Source of the DNA: Leucoraja erinacea
Taxonomy: Eukaryota
Length of the DNA: 64,000 nucleotides
Reading direction: 5' to 3'
Assembly (NCBI RefSeq): GCF_028641065.1
Contig: NC_073413.1
Coordinates: forward strand, 11,160,001-11,224,000
A program made the position numbers and the translations under genes. Positions 29,060 through 39,543 of the stretch are shown piece by piece. Position 1 is the first letter of the stretch; each line of letters starts with the position of its first letter. The notes below the pieces were generated by a model that worked only from the letters and a program-made list of their open reading frames with translations, did no database searches and was not told the origin of the DNA.

Positions 29060-29405
29060 AAATCTGACAAAGTTATGAGAGGAATAGATCGGGCAGACGC
29101 ACAGCGTCACTTGCCTAGAGTCGGGGAATCGAGAACCAGAGGACAGAGGTTTTAAGGTGAAGGGGGAAAGGTTTAATAGGAATCCGAGGGGTAACCTTTT
29201 CACACAAAGGGTGGTGGGTGTATGGAACAAGTTGCTGGAGGAGGTAGTTGAGGCAGGGACTATCGCAACATTTAAGAAACAGACAGGTACATGGATAGGG
29301 CAGGTTTAGAGGGATATGGGCCAAACGCAGGCAGGTGGGACTAGTGTAGATGGGGCACATTGGCCGGTGTGGGCAAGTTGGGCCGGAGGGCCTGCTTCCA
29401 CTGTA
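29060..29405 (+). mobile_element. CR1 LINE 3' fragment
   Basis: Same subfamily as 11484-12003, opposite orientation. Confidence 0.8.
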
Positions 29406-30089
29406 TGTGGAACGAAATGTAGAAACAGCAAAAGGAAGAGTGTAACAGAGAGACAAATAGATAAAGGGGAAGATACCAATACAAAAGAATTAAATGAAAT
29501 CATACATTCATTGGGCAGTGTCTATCATTCTCTGTCATCTGCTTCATTCCTGGACTCACGTTACCAAACTAGGTTGCGTCGGTGTGCTCCCTACCATACA
29601 TGTGTGGAGGTTCGGTAGAGTATTCTGCGGAGGAGAGGCTAGGCTTGGGCTATGACTGTGCCAAGAACTGATGAATAATTGACCTCCTCACTGATCCTGT
29701 GTAATATTCAGCAGTGTGTTTATTGTTGATGGCTGCTCATGGAGTACTGCTCTGTGTTCTTGGACCAGGACCAACTCCAAGGGCAGATGGAAGACCATCG
29801 GAATAAACACAATGGGCTGGAAAGGGCTGTGGGAGCTGATCCATTGGGGAATTGAAAATAATTCTGTTGGGAAAGCCATGGGAAAAGGCAACAAGCATGG
29901 AGTTAATTAGTTGGCTCAATCAAAGGGCTAGCATAAACATTACAGACCGAATGGCCTGCTCCTACGTTGTATGACGGAGGGAAAGTGAAGGGACTTTGGG
30001 CTTTTACTGTGAATTATATCCTGTCATTACCTGTGTTGAGCTGAGGAGATGCTGAGCATTTGGATAGTTCCACACAGGTCAAAGCCCCT

Positions 30090-30495
30090 CGATAGACACA
30101 AAATGCAGGACTAACTCAGTGGGTCCAGGCAGCATCTCTGGAGAAAAAGAATGGGTGACGTTTCAGGTCGAGACCCTTCTTCAGACTAAGAGTCATGGGA
30201 AAGGGAAAGAAGAGATATAGATGGTGATGTAGAGAGATATAGAACAAAAAATATGCAACAAAAAAAATCAAGGAAAGGTGGAGCCCACACTGGTCCATTG
30301 TTGGCTGTGGATAGGTGTTAACGAGTTAGACAGATGATGAAACTCAACAGGATAACAGTGAAGCTAGTACGCTGTCTAGGGTGGGATAGAGATGGAGATA
30401 GAAGGAATGCAAAGGTTACTAGAAGCTAGAGAAATCACTACTCATACCGCTGGGCTGTAAGCTGCCCACGCGAAATATGAGGAGCAGTTTGAGTT
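30090..30495 (-). mobile_element. Penelope-like 3' end: ORF terminus, pyrimidine-rich UTR and hammerhead-bearing terminal repeat
   Basis: LLIFRVGSLQPSGMSSDFSSF*, followed ~235 nt later by the hammerhead core and the CTCCAGAGATGCTGCC..GAGTTA tail. Confidence 0.7.
30157..30184 (-). ncRNA. Minimal hammerhead ribozyme motif, downstream of a GIY-YIG ORF end
   Basis: Minus strand reads CTGAAGAAGGGTCTCGACCTGAAACGTC. Confidence 0.6.
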
Positions 30496-30799
30496 TGTTC
30501 TTGATCTGAAAGTCCTTCCCTTGTTTTAATTCCGATGCGTCGAAAGCCACAAGTGCCTTTGACAACCAGATAAAATACTTCATGATCAATAAGGCTCTGC
30601 ACATCCACAGCTGGAGCTGCAGGACTTGAAAGAAGAGCTGAAGGTGAATGAGTCATCATTGCTGCCTATACCTGGGATATCTTGTTCCACAATCCGTCCA
30701 TGAGTCATCCATTCTCTCATCTTTGTATTCAGCAGCTGAGATTTTTACTTCTTGCGCGAGGGGTGTCAGTGGTGCGAATGTAATGTTGCTGACGTCTTC

Positions 30800-31190
30800 A
30801 GTTCAGTTCAGTTTTGTTTATTGTCATGTGTACCGAGGTACAGTGAAAAACTTTATGTTGCGTGCTATCCAGTCAACGGAAAGAAAGGACGTAATTACAA
30901 ACGGGCCGTCCACTGTGTACAGATACATGATAAGGGAATAACGTTTAGTGCAAGGTAAAGTCAGCAAAATCTGATCAAGGATAATCCGAGGGTCTCCAAT
31001 GAGGTAGATAGCAGTTCAGCACTGCTCTCTGGTTGTGGTAGGATGATTCAGTTGCCTGATAACAGCTGGGAAGGAACTGTCCCTGAATCTGGAGGTGTGC
31101 GTTTTCACACTTCTGTACCATTTGCCTGATGGGAGAGGGGAGAAGAGGGAGTGGCCAGGGTGCGACTGGTCCTTGATTGTACTCTCGGCA
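30800..31190 (-). mobile_element. Rex1-type 3' end
   Basis: IKDQSHPGHSLFSPLPSGKWYRSVKTHTSRFRDSSFPAVIRQLNHP. Confidence 0.78.
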
Positions 31191-31640
31191 GCTCTGGTCC
31201 TGGCTGAACCAGCCGCGCTCTGGGTGAGGCACAATACAGTGGCCAGGAACTGTGCTCACATTTCATTGCTCATTTCTCACCTGTCAGTTCCCCTTGGCGT
31301 GCGGTGGGACCATCTGTCACTATCTGAATATCTGTCACTGCCTCGCCTCCCCCACAGCACAGCCGACACAGGCTCACACTCCCTCCTCCGCACAGAGACT
31401 CAAGAAGCACGCTCACCCACACTGCATATCATTCTGCCCTTCAACTCCATGCCAGCTCCCAGTGCCAATCCCCTCAATCCCAACGCCATCTCCTCCAGGT
31501 ACGTCAGAGGCTGAGGGGAGACTTTGATTGAGATGCATAAAACATCGTAGATATATGGTGGACAATCAGAAGCTTTTTAGACACAAAAAGATGGAGTAAC
31601 TCTGTGGGTCAGGCAGCATCTCTGGAGAAAAGGAATAGGT

Positions 31641-31668
31641 GACATTTCGGGTCGTGACCCTTCGTCAG
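31641..31668 (-). ncRNA. Minimal hammerhead ribozyme motif
   Basis: Minus strand reads CTGACGAAGGGTCACGACCCGAAATGTC; variation at N7 and in the loop, core intact. Confidence 0.55.
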
Positions 31669-31814
31669 ACTCAGGCTGACCCCAGGCTTATGCCCTCCAG
31701 TTGATCACACTACCATCCTGGGAATGTAGTTCTCTTTCTGTGTCTCTCATCATTTTATATACTCCTTCTAGGTCACCACTCATCCTCCAGCGTTCTCCAG
31801 AAAACAATCTGTTT

Positions 31815-32240
31815 GTTTGGTTAGTTTTAGTTTTTGTCATATGTACCGAGGTACAGTAAAAAGCATTTGTCACGGGCTAACCAGTCAGCGGAAAGACAAT
31901 ACATGATTACCATCGAGCCATTTGCAGTGTACAGATACATGATAAGGGGATAATGTTTAGTGCAAGGTGAAGCCAGCAAAGTCCGATCAAGGATAGTCCG
32001 AGGGTCACCAATGAGGTAGATAATACTTCAGGATTGGTCTCTAGTTGTGGTAGGATGGTTCAGTTGCCTGATAACAGCTGGGAAGACACTGTCCCTGAAT
32101 CTGGAGGTGTGCGCTTTCACTCTTCTGTACCTCTTGCCCAATGGGAGAGGGGAGAAGAGGGAACGGCCGGGGTGAGACTGGTCCTTGATGATGCTGCTGG
32201 CCTTGCCGAGGCAGCGTGAGGTGTAGATCATGGAGTCGAT
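31815..32240 (-). mobile_element. Rex1-type 3' end
   Basis: IYTSRCLGKASSIIKDQSHPGRSLFSPLPLGKRYRRVKAHTSRFRDSVFPAVIRQLN. Confidence 0.78.
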
Positions 32241-32329
32241 GGGACCAACCTCTCCTTCTAGTTAATGACCCTAATCCATGCAGCGTTCTGGCAAACCTCT
32301 TCTGCCCCTTTTTTATTTTATTTTATTTT

Positions 32330-32632
32330 TTTAGTTTACAGATACGGCACAGACACAGGCCTTTCAGCCCACTGACACCACAACGCCCAGCGATCCCCGC
32401 ACACTAACACTACCCTACACACACTAGGGACAATTCACATTTACACCAGGCCAATTAACCTACAAACCTGTACGTTTTTGGAGTGTGGGAGGAAACGGAA
32501 GAACTCAGAGAAAACCCACGCAGGTCACGGGGAGAACGTACAAACTCCGTAGACAGCACCCGTAGCTGGGTTCGAACCCTGGTCTCCGGCGCTGTGAGGC
32601 AGCAACTCTAGCGCTGCTCCACCATGCCGCCC
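32330..32632 (-). mobile_element. HE1-like V-SINE, near full length
   Basis: tRNA head, V-domain and CR1-derived tail ending in CTAAA repeats. Confidence 0.85.
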
Positions 32633-32786
32633 AAAGCCTCCAAATCCTTCCTGTACTGGAGTAACCAGAACTGCACACAATCCTCCCAATGAGACTGAAC
32701 AAGAGCCCAATGGAACTGCCTCAATGTTCTTCAGGGGGACACTTTCTCCTCTCCCTCATGTAACATTGTGACCTCGTGATTGTATC

Positions 32787-32918
32787 TATTTAAACCCGGT
32801 TGTCACAAAAGCTTCTTACGTCACAAAGGACCAACTTTTCATTGATGTTCTGAGCCCCAAAGGCATGGAACTCGCTGTCAGGCTGCAATATTGTGAGGTC
32901 GTGACTATTTATTTACAG
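32787..32918 (+). promoter_or_regulatory. Candidate promoter or 5'UTR elements of the C1orf94-like gene
   Basis: TATTTAAA at 32787-32794, CRE-like TTACGTCA at 32816-32823, possible splice acceptor tatttacag ending at 32918. Motif matches only. Confidence 0.3.
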
Positions 32919-32985
32919 TTTTACACTGTTGCTCAGTAACAGTAAGATCGCCAATCGGTCTAACCGAGACACTCCCTCTGGGACC

Positions 32986-35035
32986 ATGCTGGCAAAGCTG
33001 GAACTGGTCCACACCCAGAGAGACACCAAGTGCTCCTTCCCTCTGGGTCCATACCCGCGCTATACCTGGATCCACAAGGACACGCCGGAGGATGGGCTGG
33101 ACAAGGCTTGCTACGAGATCTGGAAGCGGGTGCAGCAACTCTCAGCCCAGCTGGACTGCAGCTCCAAGGAGGTGACGGGCTCCGAGCCAGGCCAGGCCGA
33201 GGATGCGGGCGATACAGTGCGGGGCAAGGCGGGCAAGAGGGTGGCGGACAGCTGTGGCAAGGATGACGTCTCCCTGCTGGTGCAGTTGGAGTATCTGAGC
33301 ATCGTGGCGGAGAACAGTGGGGGCGTGGACCTCCAGCAAAACCGTCTGGAAGGGAACGACCAAATGGTGTCCATCCTGGAGACCAAGACGAAGGAGCTGC
33401 AGGACTCTGAAGCAGAATCTCTGGATAAGACCAACTTCTTGAATAATTTCCTGAAGTCCGGCAGTGGGACGGAGCTGAGCAAAGACAGCCTGGCCAAGGA
33501 AGAGGTGGCAGAGGAGAAGCAGGTGAGGTGTGGCTCAAAGGAGGATCTGGAAGTGGGCAGCAGAGTCTCGGTGGCATCCAACAAGGAGATCTGCCAGTTA
33601 CTGGCCCAGTTCTCCCTCAAGCACATCCACGAGTCAGAGGCCCCGGACAACAAGGTGGTGATGGAGGAGGCCCAGATCATCAAAGACTTCCTACAGAACA
33701 GCATGTTCAGCTCTGCCGGGGACAAGAGGGCCCAAGTGTCGCCGCCGCTGCCCCTGGCCTCGCGGGAGCCGCAGGACGAGCAGGCCCGGCGCCAGCTCCC
33801 CGTCTTTGCCAAGCTGTGCGAGGAGCCACCGGCCTGTGAGGACGAGGGCCACAGTGAGCCGCTGGCTCTGACCTCGGGCCCAGGCCTGGCTTCGGGCCTA
33901 GCCCAGGATAGGCCGTCATCGGGCAGCGAGCTGGTACGCCTGCTTTGCGGGGCGCCGAGGGAGGTTTACCGCAAGGAGGCCGAGGGCCGCGACTCGCCAG
34001 AGGCCTCGTCCCCGGATGCCAGGCCCAGCCGCTCGGAGCACAGCTACAGCACCAGCCGCCACTCGCTGAAGGGCCTGGCGCCATCAGCACGCAGGGCCGG
34101 GCCCAAGGATGTGACCAGACCCCGGGAGCTGGCTGGGCCCCAGCACCTGCTGGCCAGGCGAGGTGACGGAGGCAAAGACCTGGCCCCTGAAGCAGCCGCA
34201 GCAGAGGGAGATGCCGGGAGTACAGTGGAGGCCGAGGCTTCGGGGAGCGGCGGCCACTTGGGCCCTGAGTTCCCAGACATGGAGCGGCACCCGGTGGGTC
34301 CTGGGCCTCACAAACACCGGGCCGGCCGTGAGATGGAGGCCGATGCCTCGGTCCTAGTGGGCTCCAACCCTCCCCCTCCCCCTCCCTCCTCCCCCTCCTC
34401 CCCCTCCGCTACCCGACGCTGGCTCCAAGTACAGCAGCAGCGGCTTGTACCCCACCCGCTACCCAGCCCTGCCCGGCCGGCCGGCCCTCATCAACTACCC
34501 AGCTGCTCCGCCAGCCCCCGCTCCCCCCACAGCCACCGCCACTGCCTCACCAGCTACCGGCTACGGGCAGCAGCCCCCCTTCTACCCGGGCCGCGGCCTG
34601 CGCTTGCCGCTGCAGCAGCCTGCCTACCCGCAGGCCGCAGGCTGCTTCCTGCGCTCAGCTGGCCCGGGGCCCGGTCCCGGGGCCTACACCTACGGCCAGG
34701 TGGCACAAGAGTTTGTGCCGCGCCACGCCTACATCCGAGCTGCCTACGCCCCGCTGCTGGGCTACTGGTCCTTCGTGCCCGAGTACCCCTACAGTGCCCG
34801 CGGCAATGCCACCTCCGCTAAGCCCCTGGCCTCTGCCGCCGCTGCTGCCGCTGCCAACAACCCCCCGCCCATGGCCGGCGACGGCCCGCAGTGCCTCTTC
34901 CAGCCCGCCTACGGCTACCTCGACACCAACCTGACCGCCACACGCTTCGGCTCGGCCCGCTCCGGCCCCCTCTACAGCGGCAGCAACTTCCAGGTGTACT
35001 ACCCCGCCGACAGCAGCGGCTACAACTGCTGGTAG
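32986..35035 (+). CDS. c1orf94-like: C1orf94-like protein, apparently intronless CDS (~682 aa after correcting a 1-nt frameshift near 34384-34386)
   Basis: ATG in a GGACCATGC context. Motifs match human C1orf94 as I recall it, in order: LGPYPRYTWIHKDTPEDGLDKACYEIWKRVQ, GKDDVSLLVQLEYLS, QLLAQFSLK..PDNKVV..KDFLQNSMFS, RRQLPVFAKLC. In the +1 frame (ORF 34445-35035): RAAYAPLLGYWSFVPEYPY and PPPMAGDGPQCLFQPAYGY. GC-rich coding-like composition. Confidence 0.85.
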
Positions 35036-35159
35036 CAGGCGGCACAGACAGGGACTCCCCGCCCACTTGCCCACCCCACCACCAAGCACCGAGCCCGTCC
35101 CCACTGGCACCCACTCTGGGGGTCCAAAACAACCCTGTTTCATAGATTAATCTCCCCAC

Positions 35160-35730
35160 ACTAAACTTCCTTCAAAGTCTGTAACCTTTATACAACTTCA
35201 CCAGTCCTTTGTAAAGTTATAACGCACTATAACTTCACTGTGCCTTCCTTAAAAAGTCTAACTTTTATACTTCACTGTAATTTCCTCTATGATGTTACTA
35301 TAATTTCCTTAAGTTTAAATATTCTGTTACTTCACTGTGCCTCCCTTAAATTACTCAACTTTATAAGTGGTATAACTTTACTATGACTTGCTTAACAGAC
35401 AATACTCTATAACTTCCTCAAGTTACGATACTCTTGAACATCACAATGCCTTCCTTAATTTACAATCCTCTATAACATGTATGATTTCCTCAAATTACAT
35501 ACTCTATAAATTCCATGTCTTCCTTAAGTTACAAAACGCTGCCTTTTGTTTAACTTCAATATAACTTCCCAAAGTTACAATACTCAATAACTTCACTATG
35601 CTTTTCTCAAGTTACAAGACTATAATATTTGTAGAACTTCACTAAGACTTCCTTAAGTTACAAATGTCTGTATAACTTCACTATAACCTTTTCTGCTATA
35701 ATTTCCTTGAGTAAGTTACTAAAGTCTGTA
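35160..35730 (+). repeat. Degenerate AT-rich tandem repeat in the C1orf94-like 3'UTR
   Basis: Recurring units like TATAACTTCACTATGACTTCCTTAAGTTACAATACTC. Confidence 0.75.
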
Positions 35731-36314
35731 ATATTTCTGTTTGTCATTGTTACTAAAATGCATAGCGGGCTCCTGTTGGATATAGATGTCCCTCAGTCTA
35801 TCTAATGTATGCTACAGATGTCTATAGATCACATTATATCCTCTGTATTCTATCTATAGCATACAGTGGATCCCCAGATGGCTCACACATATCTCTGCAG
35901 CTGTCTGAAGCACATTTTAGACCCATATGAGGTCCCTATATTTTATCTGGAGAAATTTGCGTCTCACCAATAGCTTCCACAACTCCTACAGCATAACCAA
36001 AGGGAGCTGTGGGCCTCGTTGTTATGCTGTTGGAAGGGATTCGGTTGGAATTGGATAGTTTTGGGAGATTTGCTGGCTCCCTGGTATATGGAATGGTGGT
36101 TAACATTGAGCAGCCCCAGTCTGCAGCCACAGGGACAAGTCTTTGTACGACCGTGAGCATCTAGCGAGGTGTTTCAGACAAAAGTGGCCTCTCACCTACT
36201 GGAACTCCCTGCCCCTCATCGAACAGGCCTGATTACTGACATGTTGGCAAATACTCTCCTCTCTATCGCCCACAGCTTGGGGCAGTTCGGGATGCCTATT
36301 GGTGGTTACTAACA

Positions 36315-36333
36315 AATAAATAAATGTATTAAA
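36315..36333 (+). promoter_or_regulatory. Probable polyadenylation signal of the C1orf94-like gene
   Basis: Overlapping AATAAA at 36315 and 36319, ATTAAA at 36328, followed by T-rich sequence; about 1.3 kb after the stop codon. Confidence 0.6.
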
Positions 36334-36554
36334 AAATGAGGTTATTCATTTCTCTTCTTTGCCTTTCTAAATTATCTTCCTCAACTATTGTGGGAAGTCC
36401 AGCAGGCAATACACAATGCAATACTGACCAGGACAGTATTTTGATTAGATATGGGTAGGAAAGAACTGCAGGTGCTGGTTTAAATCAAAGAAACACACAA
36501 AATGCTGGAGTAACTCAGCGGGACAGGCAGCATCTCTGGAGAGAAGGAATGGGT

Positions 36555-36582
36555 GACTTTTCGGGTCAAGACCCTTCTTCAG
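36555..36582 (-). ncRNA. Minimal hammerhead ribozyme motif
   Basis: Minus strand reads CTGAAGAAGGGTCTTGACCCGAAAAGTC. Confidence 0.5.
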
Positions 36583-37309
36583 ATTTCAACCGTTAACCTT
36601 CCGACACACACGTCTATGAGACGTGGAAGGAAACTGGGGCACCCGGAGGAAACCCACACAGTCACGGGGAGAACGTGCAAATTCCACACACAGACAGCAC
36701 CCGAGGTCAGGATTGAACCTGGGTCTCTGGCGCTTGGTACATGTGATAATAAAGTACCATTGAAACCTTTAAACTTTCCCTCATTTGATGCCCTTGTGAT
36801 TTGTAATTAAAGTGCTGTTTGTGTATGGCACAGAATGGGGCAGCCTTTGCCTCTCAATTAAGAGTCTGTGTGGAGTTCTGACATATTTCCTTGTGATAGA
36901 TGCACTGCCATGCTGACCCAAGGTGCTGCCCAGGGCACCTCATTCAATCTGTTACCTCCAACCTTTGCAGCTTATTATAGAGTTATTTATTTCCCCATCT
37001 GTGCTCCATCCTGAACTAATTGGGAGAGCGGGAGAGTTGAACCTCTGGTGGTGACGGGCCGGGGCAGAGAGGGCAGCAAGCCTTGAGCGGGAGATGGACA
37101 CAAAATGCTGGAGTAACTCAGCGGCACAGGCAGCATCTCTGGAGAGAAGGGATGGGTGATGTCTCGGGTCGAGACCCTTCTTCAGACTCTGAGAGGTTGA
37201 GATTCTGCCTGTCCCACTGAGTTACTCCAGCATTTTGTGTCTACCTTCGATTTAAACCAGCAGTTCATTCCTACACAACAAGCCTTGAGCAGGGTTGGTG
37301 AGAGGGGCA

Positions 37310-37460
37310 ATCTCCCAGCAGAGCGAGATGTCCGTCGGGGAATGTAGACTGCAGGAGTACGTGCTGAGGGACGCACTGAAGCTCGGTGCAGCCAACGCCA
37401 AGGCTCGGTGGGGGAGGTCCACAGTCTAGGGTCCTTCCACTGCGAGGGGGAAGAGGGACC
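37310..37460 (+). mobile_element. Tx1-like L1 ORF2 C-terminal fragment (related piece at 48890-49005)
   Basis: LQEYVLRDALKLGAANAKARWGRSTV*. Confidence 0.55.
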
Positions 37461-39212
37461 ATTGGGACAATATTGAATACTTTCGTAACGTTGTTGGCGT
37501 CGTAAACATGGCGACTCTTTGCACACTTGTGTATTGTGTGCAGAACACAGAATTGCCCTGTACCGAATACGTGTGCAATAAGTTATCAATCAAGCCAATC
37601 AATCATCCTACAGAAAGGGAACCTGCACGTCTTGGGAGTGTGGCAGATCAAATTTTAGGAGAACCAAAGATCTCAGAGAAAACCCACACAGGTCACGGGG
37701 AGAACGTACAAACTCCTTACACCGAATGTAGCGCCAGTCCCGGGTTCGCCAGTCCCGGGTTCGACTACTACGGGTGCTGTCTGTACGGAGTCTGCACGTT
37801 CTCCCCGTGACCTACGTGGGTTTTCTCTGATAACTTCAGTTTCCTCCCACACTCCAAAGATGTACAGGTGTGTAGGTTAATTGGCTTGGTATAAATGTAA
37901 ATTATCCCTTAGTGGGTGCAGGGTCATGTTAATGTGCGGGGATCACTGAGCGGCACGGACACGATGGGCCGAAGGGTCTGTTTGTTTCCCCCCTGTATCC
38001 CTCAACTGAATTTTTTTTAAACGCAACATTTTGTGTCTATCTTCAGCGACTTGCTGCTGTCATGGGACAGATGGTCTCTGCGTGCCCTGTGTATTATCCT
38101 GCCTTCTCTGACAAGGACACGCGCCAAGCCTGGCCTTGCAAAGCTGCAAGGAGTTGGAGGAGGGGCAGCGAGGAGGAGGGGGGGTAACACTGACGTACGA
38201 CACGGGGACTCAGCTGTTCCTGCCTGCCCTTGATGGCTAATGAACATTCAGCCCTGTTGTAACAGAAGGGCAGCTTCTGCGGAATTTACATCACCAGGAA
38301 TTTTAAATGACCGGCTGATTGATGTATGAGTTCGCCATCCTAATTAAGACCAGTTATTTTAGTGAATCAAGGACTGGTTTTCTTGTTTTTTTAACTAACC
38401 AATATCTCCCAAGTGATTACAAACACGGAAACAGGCCCTTTCGCCCAATTAGTCCATGTCAACCTGCACTCCCCATTAGCTTACATTTGGCTTGTATCCC
38501 CCCCTCTAAACCTTTCCTTTCTATGTTCCTGTACAAATGTATTTTAAATGTCGTTATAGTCCCCGTCTCAACCACTTCCTCTGGCAGCTCGTTCCATACA
38601 CCCACCACTCTCTGGGTGAAAAAGTTTCCACTCGGGTAATCGCAATAATGCAATTTAGTTTTTGTAACATTGTCGGTGCCAGAAACGTGCGACTCTTTGT
38701 GTACTGCCCAGGTGAGGTCTGCTGTGTGATTTTACCAGATTGTGTACAAGAATAAGGAATTTCACTGTACCAAGGTACTCACGGCATTAAATGATCACTG
38801 AATCATTGAAACTCTGAAGTTTCCATCTATTAGAACTTTGCATCAGGAGTCATAGTGATACAGCGTGGAAACAGGCCCTTCGGCCCAACCTGCTCACACC
38901 AACCAACATGCCCCAGTTACACTAGTCCCACCTGCCGGCGTGAGGTCCATATCCATCCAAACCTGTCCTATTCATGCACCTGTCCAACTGTTTCGTAACA
39001 TTATGATAGTCCCAGCCTCAACTACCTCCTCCAGCAACTTGTTCCATACATCCACCACCCTTTGTGTGAAAAGGTTATCCCTCAGATTCCTATTAACCCT
39101 TTCCCCCTTCACCTTAAAACCTCTGTCCTCTGGTCCTTGATTCCCCCTACTCTGGACAAGAGACTGTGGGCGTCTCTACCTGATCTATTTCCGATGAAAA
39201 GTATGAGCCTAA

Positions 39213-39543
39213 TGAGCCTGTCCCACTTGCGCGACTTTTTCGGTGACTGCCGGCACCCGTCATAGGACGTTACAGGTTGCCGAAAATTCTCAACATGTTG
39301 AAAATCCAGCGGCAACCAGAACAAGGTTTGACTCTTTGGGCGACCACTCACGACCATACAGGCTTCACCCTGCGACATGTCGCCAGGGTGTCGCCTGTAC
39401 GGTCGTGAGTCGTCTCCTCAGTCGCCCAAAGAGTCGTAGCGTCTTTCTGGTCGCCGCTGGATTTTTAACATGTTGAAAATTTATGGCGACCTATGACGGG
39501 TGCCGGCAGTCGCCGAAACAGTCGCGTAAGTGGGACAGGCCCT
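39213..39543. mobile_element. MITE, PIF/Harbinger-like (related copy at ~56028-56258)
   Basis: TIRs GCCTGTCCCACTT...AAGTGGGACAGGC; palindromy extends through most of the element; TAA flanks both ends. Confidence 0.8.

Noticed and set aside
33111-33812. 233-aa and other antisense or alternative-frame ORFs over the C1orf94-like gene, including the frame-1 tail 34387-34821
   Set aside because: Shadow ORFs of GC-rich coding sequence. Similarity to C1orf94 switches to frame 2 after the C/T tract.
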